Assembly (NCBI GenBank): GCA_036172245.1 | Contig: JAYWIR010000015.1 | Span: 1,612,001 to 1,676,000, forward strand | DNA from: Raillietiella orientalis | Taxonomy: Eukaryota | Direction of reading: 5' to 3' | Length of the DNA stretch: 64,000 nucleotides | Shown: piece after piece, positions 36,095 through 48,239 of the stretch | Numbering within the stretch: the stretch's first letter is position 1 | How the letters are laid out: every line of letters starts with the position of its first letter | Notes under the pieces: model-generated | Told to the model about the DNA's origin: nothing | Seen by the model: the letters and a program-made list of their open reading frames with translations, nothing else | The model's database searches: none | Position numbers and translations under genes: made by a program

Positions 36095-38639
36095 ATCACA
36101 GTTTGGCTAAATTTGCTGAGCGATTTTTCCTTTTTTTTTTTTTTCTGAAGACAATACTTGGATGAATTTTTACACTCAATAATGTATGTTTCATAGAGAC
36201 TCCTAGATCATTCAATGCAAACTGATTTTAGTACTTACTGATTAATGAACTGTTCTAAATAACTAATTTCATCAATTAATGTTCTTAACAATGTTTGATA
36301 TGGCTGCAATAATTTTCAAGATTATCTAAAAATCATGGAATACAGTCTTAGGAATAATCACTTAGAATATGCATTAATTAAATAAAATTGCCATGATCAA
36401 TTATTTTCATTTCTGCACTAAATTTTTACATGAATGTTCTCAATCATGTACAAAAAAAGAAATTAAAAAACCAATTTACAAACTGATTGCACATGCTACC
36501 CTGATCGAATATCTCAGGAGATTTCACATAACCAGTTTTTATTTTCCATAATTCTATTTGCAATTTGGCATCCTTAGAGTGTTTTGTAAATCAGTGAATG
36601 GAAATGGAATACTGTATCTATCGCATTATCTCGGAAGCCGTGAAATTAATTTAAGGAGCTCTGCGGACTTGATGCACTCTCTTGATATGTACATTATCCT
36701 TTTTCTTTTTTGTTGCATAAATTCATCTTCTCTTGACCTCGAGATTTTTCTAAAAATTTCTTACAACTCCATGAAGGATTGCCATGCAGTACCTTTATTC
36801 TTCTGTGAAGCATTCTTTCCTTAAGCATGTTCGGACTTCATCGACCAAACCGATAGAGATACCTAAAATTCAGAAGGAATTAGTCGGAATTCTACTGACT
36901 GAATAAAAATGAGACTTTGTTCGGTCACTATGCGTTTAAAGCATCTTCGCGGAATCAACTATTTTTTTTTAATGGATTTTGATACTTTTCAATGGACACT
37001 GCCATTTGCATTCTTTACAGTTTTATAAATCTTGCATTACACTATCTTGCCTTCTTGCATATGAGTGTTTTTATTTTTCGTATTTCTCTTTGTATTATTG
37101 CAACTTTTGCTTACTAGAGTTTTCATCTTCGAGTTACTTATTTTACATATCTCCTATAATCTAAATAGTTACAAAGTACCAATAGAGGTAGTAACAATAG
37201 TTACTACCTCTAATTGTGTAATGCTTTACCAATGCAAATGGGAAAAAAAAGTCTCTTATTTAAAAATTGGATTCACATTATCAAAGCGCAAGATCGTGGA
37301 CACTGAATATACATAATTATTTTACGATATTGTTCATCAGTGATCCCAGTTAAATAATAGACACTGAAGTTCGTACAAACAAATTTTTCCCTAGTTGTAT
37401 AGGATCCATATCAGGAAGAATATCTTGAAAAATGGAAGCTATCTCAGAAAACTTCTAATTCTGGAACCATTGATAGTTTGATGAACGCACAGGAACTTAG
37501 TAGGGTCTTCATTTTCTGTTATTTCTTCTGAGACCCATGTTTACTTGAGAGCAAACATTATATAATACACTATGTAGTGGAATAACCATGATATTCTAAT
37601 CTAGGAAGCAGGACCATGATCAAGAATAGGAATTTCCAATTCTTCAATCTTCTGCAGTCTCTGGGACTGCCATTCTAAAGTATCCAGTCCTGTATGTCAA
37701 ATAGGTTCTAAATGTGGTAATCAGATATAAACTAGGAATAAGGATTTCTTAAATGTGATTTACAAAGTGTTTCCTAGAGTAAGCACAATTTAATTACTCG
37801 GACATATTCCACCCTTCGAGATCTTTGAAAAATTACTTTTAAATATTTTTCAATGTGTCTATACAGAAAAGAAGCTTTTAAATAAAAAAATATTGAAAAG
37901 GTACCTTTTTAATCAAAACTGCTTTCAGTTTTAGATTCCTACCAAGTTTTCCTCCAAAAATTATCAAGTCTTTAAGATGTACTAAGGGATAAAATCAAGT
38001 TGAATTTGAAAATAGTGAAGTATCCTGCTTATTTTTTTACTACGTACCGTGCTTAAAAGTTCAGAGGAGCTGTTTTGAGGAGGATGTTGAGAAACATCTC
38101 TCATAATTTTAGTAAATCATTCGATTATAATGAAAGCCTAGTTTTTTCGAGTATTGGATAGGTTTACGATTTCAGTCAATTTGATGTTTCGTTGTTGACT
38201 ACGTGCGTGGAATTCGGTAGCTCTGACGTGTTGCACGTAAAACATCTAACGTTTCAGTGTTTTGATTGGACTAATGTATTCGATAAATTTGTCTAATCCA
38301 TTCTTGGCAGCCGAACCGTATAGAATAATTGCTGAGAACATAAAATAGCCACAATTATCGAAAAGGAATTTGTAATGCTACTGCGGTGTAGCACTTCTAT
38401 GTAACTAATACTTAGCTATGATAGTGACTATTAGTGTAAAATCGTGAAGTATACAAATACAGTTAGTGTTGGGAATACAATCGAGAATTGCTATTTATGT
38501 ATATTTCGATGTCATTTATGTTTTGATTTTTGCTCATGGTAACGTTCCGCATGTAGTATAGGAAAGATCATTTTGCGGTACGACTTGCTGATGAGTGACC
38601 AATCCAGAGTACTTCCTTAATTAAGCGCATCTTTTTAAA

Positions 38640-39669
38640 ATGTTCTTCAAGTCTGCAGCAAAAAATCTGGATAATAAGCACGTGCTGGTATGGTTTGAAA
38701 AGTTTGTTACATCCATTTGCAAGCCAAATAAACTTTGTAGATAACTGGAGGATCTAGTGGAATTGGTTTGGCCCTGGCTAAGGAGGCAATCATTAGAAAT
38801 GCAAATGTTACATTGTTTGCTAGAGATATTGAAAAGCTAAGAGATGCAGAAAAGCAGTTGAAAGTCTACTGCAATCCAAGACAAACAATTCACATTTTTT
38901 CTAGTATTAGAAAGCATTCATGAATGTTATTCTCATTATTATCTTTGTAGTTGATGTGAGTGATAGCAGTGCAGTAAAAAGGGGAGTAGAGGAGGCTAAG
39001 GAAAAATTAGGGCCTGTATTTTTGGTTGCTTGTTCTGCTGGGTTGTCAACAAGTGGTGTCCTAGAGAGCCTTGAAGTTGAAAAAATTAAAGTGAGATAGA
39101 AAAAAATCATGCTACGAACTATTACTTTTTAGAGAGAAATTGAAGTAAACTATTTAGGTTCTGTTTACGTAATTCAAGCCTGTTTGCCTGAGATGAAATC
39201 CCTGAATCAAGGGTCAATAGTTTTGATATCATCAATTGCTGGAATTATGGGAATTTATGGTTACAGTACTTACTGTAGTTCTAAGTTTGCTGTACGTGGA
39301 CTGGCAGAAGCTTTAGCAATGGAAGTAATGTAACATTATGGGAAACACATAATTATTGCAGCAGTTGTGCACATACCACATCACTGTAACTGTTAGCTTG
39401 CCACCTAACACAGATACCCCTGGATTTCATGCTGATAGTTTATCAATTCCTGATGAAACAAAGTTGATTGCACAATCTGGTGGATTAATTAGTGCTGAAA
39501 GAGTTGCTAAACAACTGATGAAAGATGCTTTGGTTAGTATTTAAGACTTAAAAAACAAGGTGTTGTTTTAGAATGGAAAGTTCTTCAGCACTGTAGGAAT
39601 AGAAGGTTACATGTTAACTCTGTTAGGAGGAGGAATGTCTCCCATGCCCATTTTAGATAACTTGATACA

Positions 39670-39721
<52 letters not shown>

Positions 39722-39866
39722 AAATACTTAATATGTCAATTTCCAAATTCAGTTTCTATGCAATGGATTGTTGAAGATCATTTCCCTATTTTATATCCTA
39801 TATTTTTATCATCTCATCTGTAAGTGCTATGAGAAGAAGCAAAATGTGAAACCAAAAACAAATTAA
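38640..39866 (+). CDS. KDSR: 3-ketodihydrosphingosine reductase (SDR family); start uncertain, an upstream hydrophobic exon may exist
   Basis: Spliced frame KHVL|ITGGSSGIGLALA (NADPH motif), VNYLGSVY, ISSIAG, catalytic YCSSK, KDSR-typical LPPNTDTPGF, C-terminal hydrophobic segment and KPKTN* (KxKxx ER retrieval signal). Stop at 39864-39866. Confidence 0.88.
39673..39719 (+). repeat. A47 homopolymer directly after the GT donor of the last KDSR intron
   Basis: cag|gt followed by 47 A residues. Confidence 0.9.
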
Positions 39867-39935
39867 TTGTAAGGTGATAAAATGTGCAGAAATAAACTGT
39901 ACATTAAAACAATTTTAAAGCCATATTATTCAAAT

Positions 39936-40631
39936 TCAATCCCTCTGCAAGAGCTTTTGTCTAGCCAGTTTCTTTTTTGAAATTTTCTTTTTCTCTGGCT
40001 CTTCAGAAGGCCCTTTTGTGTATTCCTGTTCTTTTTCAGTAAGGATGACTTCAATATGACAGGGACTTGACATGTATGCTGAATACAAGCTACAAGATAT
40101 AGAATACTTCTACACTCACGATTAATGCGACCATGAGCCCTGTATGTTCTCCTCCTCATTTTTGGGGCACGATTAACCTGAATGTGATCAATAACTAAAT
40201 GATCCATGTTTAGTCCTTTATAATCTGCATTGGATTCTGCATTTTTAAGCAGCTGCAACAAAAATTCCGCAGATTTTTTTGGCCATCTTCCTTGTGTTGT
40301 TTTCCAATTCTTTGCCTTTTGTAGCATATAGTTTTATGAATCTAATGATTAATGTTACTGTACTTGTGCACATCTGCCAACACCACCATTGAACCGCCTG
40401 AAGGGCACACACTCTTTATGATTAATTACATTCTTCAGGTAACTAATAGCCCTTCTGAGATGCATTTTACGAATTGCCATGGCAGTTTCATGGGTATTCT
40501 ATTAGCAGCATGCTCTATTAGCAACATTATTCACATAAAAACTAGAATACCTTAAAATGAACCCTCAGATTCGATCCTCTTGCTTTGCATGATTTGGTTG
40601 CATTATCTGGTTCTAATGAATACCGACCCAT
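39936..40631 (-). CDS. RPL17: 60S ribosomal protein L17 (uL22)
   Basis: Exons 40631-40551, 40498-40364, 40315-40120, 40078-39936. Translation [33 protein letters not shown]...[22 protein letters not shown]...[22 protein letters not shown]. Confidence 0.97.
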
Positions 40632-41569
40632 AATTCCTAAATTTTTAATATGTGAATTTCATATTCTGGAATTTCATGAAACTTAATTAAATAAAACTAA
40701 TAATTTTATGATTCGTTAAACAAAAATTGTGTAAACAACTGCTAAACACAATTAAAAGGAATTCATCATCCATAGTTTAATACTTATAAAAATTGAAAAT
40801 GATAAATATTACACGCAAATTAAGGAAACGGCACATATAAACGCCAGCATAACTAAACAATCGGTGCTTTATCCAAAGAAATTAAACTGGTGTTCGATGA
40901 TGCTAACACAAATAAAACAAAAATGCAGAAACACGTTAACAATTCATGGTCTTTAAACTTTTGCCATGTTACTTCAAATAATAGAAACACCCTTAACCAA
41001 GTAGTTCACTACGCTGCATGCATCGAAGTAACAAACAATTTACGAGTTTTCGTTTTCAATGATACTGCATTTAATGCATCACTCTCTTAAAATGTCTCGA
41101 AGAAACACCACAATTACATTTACAGTACCTTCAAAAAAATTAGGATCTCATTCACTCACAAACATGCTTTAATGAATGCGGTTCACTACAGCCCATCATT
41201 GTTGCTTCCCCATTCCAATTCATAAATACATGACTTCGTGTAAGTTCAAAGCGAAACACGTAATGTTTTATCATCAGATTCCTCCAAGTTTTCTCAATTG
41301 CAATGGAAAATCGTTCATCTCTTGCAGAACTTTATACCACCTGCCTACATTCCTATTTGAGATGAGCTAAGAATATCGAAAACCAAGCAATTAATTAGAC
41401 GAACCACTCGTTTCCTAAAGATCCAGAAAATTTTGCAAATATAATCGAAACATAATCAAAAGAATTATTATTAACAACCACAAAATCATTAAAGCGATGA
41501 ATAGATGCATTATACAGAAAGCAAATCAACGCAATCTCGCAACCAAATACACCTAAAGTTCACACGCAC

Positions 41570-41595
41570 CCAGACGAGCACCGGAAGAAAAGTCA
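41570..41595 (-). promoter_or_regulatory. Putative RPL17 TCT/5'TOP start site and non-coding first exon
   Basis: Minus strand reads CTTTTCTTCCGGTGCTCGTCTGG|GTGCGT: a pyrimidine tract starting with C, then a donor. A matching acceptor tttag lies at 40637, 5 nt before the ATG. This layout is typical of ribosomal protein genes. Confidence 0.65.
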
Positions 41596-44500
41596 AAATA
41601 CCAAAGTTCAAATTGCAATTTGTTCAAATTGTAATTTGTGCACAGCTTTCCAGTTAAAAAATTTGCATTTGAACCAAAAGAAAAGAACTAAATTAATCCA
41701 ATTTGATATTGTATTTTATTTTTCCATTCACTCGAAATTCACAGGTATTGGTTTGCTACTTTCAGCATATATCCTTAAAAATGAAAATTCCTAAGAATCA
41801 TTTGATTAATGACTCCACTTGCTTAAAACATTCTTGCTTAAGACATTTGATTCCAATCAATAGAATTATAACTAATGAGCTCTTAATCTGTAAAGTTCAG
41901 TAATCAAATACATTTTCATATGAGTGAATATTCTGATATATGGAAATTATAAAGAATACAAAAAATCTCGATCAAGTATTGAAATTATGTTGATAGTTAG
42001 TCATCTTGAATTCTGTTCTGATCAATTTTAAGCTTCTGGAATTATTTTAAAGACTATATGCTTCTGCATGTTATGTATGTAGGAATACTTATTGTATGTA
42101 TACACACAAGCGCACACTAAACAAAAAGTATGTAGATGGTCTTCAATTAGTAAATGGTAGATATACGTAGTCTTTAATTATGTTGCTTTTCTGTGCCATT
42201 TTCCTTTAATTTTTGCTTTATTTACATGTATACACTAATAAAAAAAGCACGTTTCAACGGTCGGCACATTCCTCTCTATTCGTAAAAGGATGCCCGTAAT
42301 AAGTTGAAATTCAACATGTTTAAATCTCCTCAAATTTTAAAAATCTGGATGAATCCCTACTCAGCTAGAAAATCGAAATACCTAAGAGCTTCATATATTC
42401 TAAGGTTTCCGTTTTTATGAATTCATAAACCATGCATTTAAAAGCATTCACGAAGTGCAGAGAGGAAATTTCCTATAAAAATATCCCGTTCTATTGGCTA
42501 GAGAAGTTTATCTTTACTCTAAATACTTACATCTCAAATTTTACATTGGTGATTACAAATGCTTATTCCTTACAAATAACTTTTGTGAGTTTTCTGAATC
42601 TGGCATCATTTATGTCAGTCTGTTTTTTTCCTTTTATTTTGAAGAACAAGAAAAAAAGAATCCTTAGTTCTTTAAACTAAAGAATTGAAAACTATCTGAA
42701 TAAAACTCGGTCCTAAACACATCTACTTCTTTCAAAGTCCGAATAATAAGCCATAAGAAAATCCTATCAAATTCTACAAAATTTTCCCAGGAAAAACTGT
42801 GTTTTGCTTTTTTTTAGTCTGTAATAGAAAAGTTAGTAACTGGAGAAATCAAATGAAGGAAGAAACACCAATTGTTAAAAAAATTCAAACTTTGCAACAA
42901 ACCACAGGTGCATTTCTGATCAAAATGTTATTACCATGCCTCAAAATAAGAATGGAACTTTCGCAAAGTCAGGTACTTGAACTCCAATTAGCTTTACTAC
43001 TAACCAACAGTAGTCTTAGGTCCGTCATATAAAATCGAAAAAATTGGGTTTCTTATGAAGTTTGTATATGTCGAATCAGCTGACACACGTAAGGCTAAAA
43101 TGCAAACTATCATTATTCCTTTTACATTAATATACTCGCGAGTTCTACTTTTTATAAATGAGACTACAGAATTCACGAGACAAAAGAACTTTCAAAGTAT
43201 ATCTTAAGCCAAAAATTTAATTTAATTTACACGCACATTATTACTACTCCATACTGATTCAATAGTTTAATTGTCATTTAGCTCGGAGTCGGTGTTCACT
43301 CCTCTTGTGTGCATTTGTTTAACGGATGCTGTTCTCAATTTTATCTCTTTTGCCATTTCTTATTAAGAATTATTTTCTTTAGCATAATTTTTGCTTGATG
43401 TTTCATGAGAGAATTCCAATACACGGTTCAGTGGCATATAATCCATCGGAATAATAATTGATTTGTTTTCTCCTCATATTGATGAGCACCGTATATTGAG
43501 CAAAAAAAATTTTTTCGGAAAATCTTCTTTCTCTTTATGTTCCATTTGCACATATTATTCAGTTTATATTTATATAATACTAATTATCTGCATGAACATA
43601 TAAGGTCGCAAATTTTTTACATTTGCAAATCAAACTAATTAACTGATTCTTTAGACATACATCTTAGACGTAGAAAGTGTTTTCTAATAATTTGCAAAGT
43701 AAACGAGTTCAACTATGAAATTTTCTCCAGTTTCTCATTGAGTTTCACTATCTTGATTTTTTGTTCGTCTACACGATCATTAAAAATCGATGTAGCAATG
43801 TGAAAATATGGAATCTTATCTCATTAGTATCTTTAACAAGTGCTTTTCAAGATAGTAATTTTATCTGCAAGTAGAAACAAAAGAATAAATTACTGCCTGA
43901 TATATATTAAATATATTATGAATTCTCTCTGATGTGCTTATTATGATCAGTTAGACAAATTTCTACGAAAGACGAGAGACAAGCCATTCTATTCAGCTAG
44001 TTGAAGCCTTGTTTATTATTTTCAGCAAAGATGAGAAAGGTTTAGTAAGCTTGGAGGCATTATGTCAGATTCTACGAACAATTGAAACTTGCATAGTTGA
44101 GACATGATTAAATACGCTAAAAATTTGAACTGCATAAAGTAAAATAAATATCACACAATTTTTATATTTACAAACACATTTTCATCTTGCTAGAGCTGTA
44201 GTTTACGACAGTTCTCGAAAAGAAACATTCCTAAAAAAAAACAGAAAAGCGATGAACAGTTTAAATCAACCCGAGTGATGATGTTTGGTTGGTTAATCAT
44301 TTGATACATGACAGTAGCGAATTACATATCTTCAGAAAGGTTTTCGACTCTGCTTCCTTGTCTGGAGGTTGCCCAACGGATTTAAGGGCTGCCTGGGGTC
44401 CTCCAGTGGTAACCATGCGTTTGTAACGCCTTCCAAGGCATGATCGACTGTTTACATTTCAGGAAAAGGTGAACTGAAATGCTTGTTCCCCCCCCATTTG

Positions 44501-45451
44501 CGTTTTTTATGAGAAGTTCGGCGATGTTGTGCGTGTAGTCGATTCAGGATTGCTGTGGCTGCAACCCAGTCTTGATTTTTGTTGATTCTTGCAGTTAGCT
44601 ACTTTTTGTGCTGGATCCTGATTACTCATCAATTTCTTTGATGTCTTTGTTTCTTCAAAAACATGCGCGACTTTAAATGACCATGTAAACTACTGCGTTG
44701 CATTTTGATTCAGCGTCGATTTTCACGTTATAGGATGGGTGCCTTACATGGAACAGAGATCTTGCCCCAAGAGCTCATAGAGATGCTGTATGCTGTGTTT
44801 CAGTGCTTTGACTTCGCAGATCCATCTTTTTCACAACACCTTTGCTAAATGAAGTCGAGTAATTATTTTTCGAGTAACATTGAACACTTGGAAGAGACTT
44901 TAATGAACTTTGTAACAGATGACCTTAGCACAAAAATTCTTCCAAGGTTGTTTGAGCTCACAGTTTTCCTAATATTCCATTCATAATCTAAAATAACGTC
45001 ATGGGTGCAAACCAATGATTCAAGATGAATTAAAATAGCATCTAGCTGCAAAGTCTCAGTGGTGACTGCATTTGATTCAGATGCACTTGTTTGATGTTCA
45101 ATGATCTGTATAAAAACACCTTTTAATACAGAACACCAGCTGATCAGAAAAATATGCAATGCTGGGAAGGATTAAACAAACTGTTAAAAGTTACTTTTAC
45201 AAACTGATGTTCTCTGATCAAGAAACAGCTCCATGATACATGTTACATATATTGAAAGTGTGCCCTGTGTACATAATGATGATACCTAATCAGCAAAAAA
45301 TTTATTGCTTGAGGATACAAAACAAAGTTTCTAAAGCGAATCTCATTGGGGTACAGGGGAAGCTGCAATCAGAATTCTATCAAAGCAGCAAAACAAGGTC
45401 AAAGTGACCAGTATCACAGATTTACAACGAATTCTTCGTAAACCACTGGAA

Positions 45452-48179
45452 TCATTTTGTTTGTGTCTGAAGCATCAGCATTTTCTTTTTTTTCATCAGT
45501 TGCAAAAGTTCTTCCAAAACTTGTTCCTCTCGTACTATATCTATTTTTTTTTTTAAAGTTAAGGAACACTTTAGCATTAGAATTTACCATGAGTATGTAC
45601 AGAAGTCAGCAATTCTTTATACAAATGCTGATGCTGCTTTTCTAGTGCAGATTCTGATGACTCACTTACATATCCTTGAGCATCAGGAATGCTCTGACAT
45701 TCTTGACCACTAGTTTCCATTTGATTCTGCATTAAAGTGGTGCTTGTCTCTTCTGGAGGATCCATTGTTCTTTGGAGAGAAATTGAAATGCAAAAAATTA
45801 CCATAAAATTGAGCATTCTACCTGACTGAATCAGCATCAGCACACAGACCACTACTTTCTAAAATCAAGAATTTACATATAAAAAGTGACTTGATTTCCA
45901 CAATACATACCAATCACTGAAGAATGAGGAGCACACTTGGTTATAATTTCTGGTAATTCTGGTTTATCATTCTGGAAAAGTAACAATCCAAAATTTTTAG
46001 ACAAATTAGTTCACACATACCTCAATCAAAGTGGAAAAACCATCTTTCTCGCTGTTATTCTCGTGAAACTTGATTCCATTCACAGGATAATGCTTTGTTA
46101 GGGTTTTCAATGATTCCAAATTATCACCTGATGTTTCTGTACCAGTATGAACTATAGGATGAGCACCAACAGAACAACCAACAGGTAAAGAGTATGACCG
46201 TATTGGATTCAAACTGCTGCTTTTTGTCATCCTACATCCAGAACCATCAGACTGTTTAACATTCTCAACTGCATGTGAGGACACTGAAGAGTGTACCACA
46301 ACATAATCTAAAGAGTCTGTCACACTCTTATGATCATCAAACGAACTATCTTTGAATGTAAAATCTATTTTGCCGCGTCCATTAAAATCGGATTCCTTAC
46401 ATAAAGAGATGGATCTGCTATTTCGTATGCCAAGAGGTTTCTTCCACTCTTTCATATTTTTCATACGCAAAAACACAAGATCTTGAACAATGTTTTTTTG
46501 AGGAATTGCTCCATTCCTTGCAGGAATCTGGGTGTTTTCTATGGGTGGTGATTCACTTCTTACATGCAAGTCTTCATCATACGAACAAACACATGCAACA
46601 GGACTGGAAATATCTGAAGAGTCTGAAATGCAAGAGTTTTCCAAACCAGGAACACCAGTAACAGACATGCCATTTATTGAAGCATCAGATAATTCCTTGG
46701 AATTTGATTCATTTATTGGCTTGATAGCTTCTAGAGGGAAGAGACTCATATTTGTGTCCATCTCCATAGGAGCTATTGATTTGCTGCTGCTGCTATTTAC
46801 TTCTAATGTGGGTGTTACGTTTTGCTGGTGTAGTGCACTTGATGCAGGAGCACTGATTTTGAATAAATCAGTTGATTCCCTCATATATGAAACATTGTTT
46901 GAAATGGGCATGTCTAAAAGCATAGTTTCAACGTTTTCTGGAATACTCTTTGATGTCTCATTACACTTAAAGGGTTCTACTGTGCTGCCTGATGCATAAT
47001 TTTCCAGACAGTGATGTTCATCAACAGAGTATTTTTGATTACCATTTTTGTGATCATCAACAGAGTATTCTTGATTACTATTTTTGTAATCATCAACAGA
47101 GTATTCTTGATTACTATTATCGTGATGTTCATCAACAGAGTATTCTTGATTACTCTCTTCATACTGCAATTGACGTTGCATGTCAGGTGAGGACACTGGA
47201 ATCTCATATTTCTTCGAAGACACTTCAGTGTTTTCTGAAACTGTTTTGGTTAGGTGGTCCAAATTCTCAGGAGAATCAATTATCGTGTTTCTAAGGTTAT
47301 GAGAATCTCCAATGTTATGAGAATCAGGACACAAAGACAATTTTGGTTCTTTAGTCGAGGAATCGCACACATTCACATCTGCAGGCTGATCATTATCAAA
47401 TAAAGGTGTTTTGCTAAAGGATGATTGCCTGAATGATTTTTGCAAAAACACTTGCATTCCTGGACTGGGCTGGGGAGCTGGAGTAAGCAATTTTTGTTTT
47501 TCGGATATGAAATCCAAAAGATTTTTGAAACGCTCTCCCAATCTGGGAGCTGTTTCACAGCGTTGAACTGGATAGTTTGTACCAGAAGTGCCACATTGAA
47601 CTTTGTTTTCCAGTGAGTTTGAAAGAAGATTATGGTCCTTGAAGAGAGTTGGAAAACGATCCAAGGGATTTTGTCTCGACATGCTCAGAACTTTTTGCAC
47701 ATGTTGTTCGTAGCTGACAGGCTTGGGAAAGCATGTTTTGTTAATAGAGGGTGCCACAATAGGTTTAACATCATCAAGGTCTGCCAATTTCATATCATGA
47801 CTCTCTGGTCGAAATAACTTTTCTTTTTCTGCCTTGGGGGGCAGCTGTTGCAATACTTGAGGAAGAGGAGAGTCTTTGTCATTTTCCTCTTCTACTTTGC
47901 TATTCTCGATTAGAATTGTAGGGATGTTGTAGGAGAAAGATGCCAGTGTATCTCGATCGAATTCAGAATCTGTATCAATCTCTGTGGAAGAATCCTCTTC
48001 ACTAGTATCCGATTCATCCTAAATAAAATAAATTTTAATTGAATTCTCGAGAATTAGCAATGGTCTACCTCAGTTTCTGAATTATTTGTATTCTGGCTGC
48101 ATCTCATAACACTGCTATGTTCACTAACAGCAGTAGCTGAAAAGATCTTTTCTTTTCTGGATGCTGCTGCTGGAAGTTC

Positions 48180-48239
<60 letters not shown>

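Noticed and set aside
40637..41569. Intronic C/D snoRNAs in the RPL17 first intron
   Set aside because: Only imperfect C boxes (e.g. GAGATGA, ATGATGG) and no convincing C/D pair with terminal stem; needs a snoscan or Infernal search.
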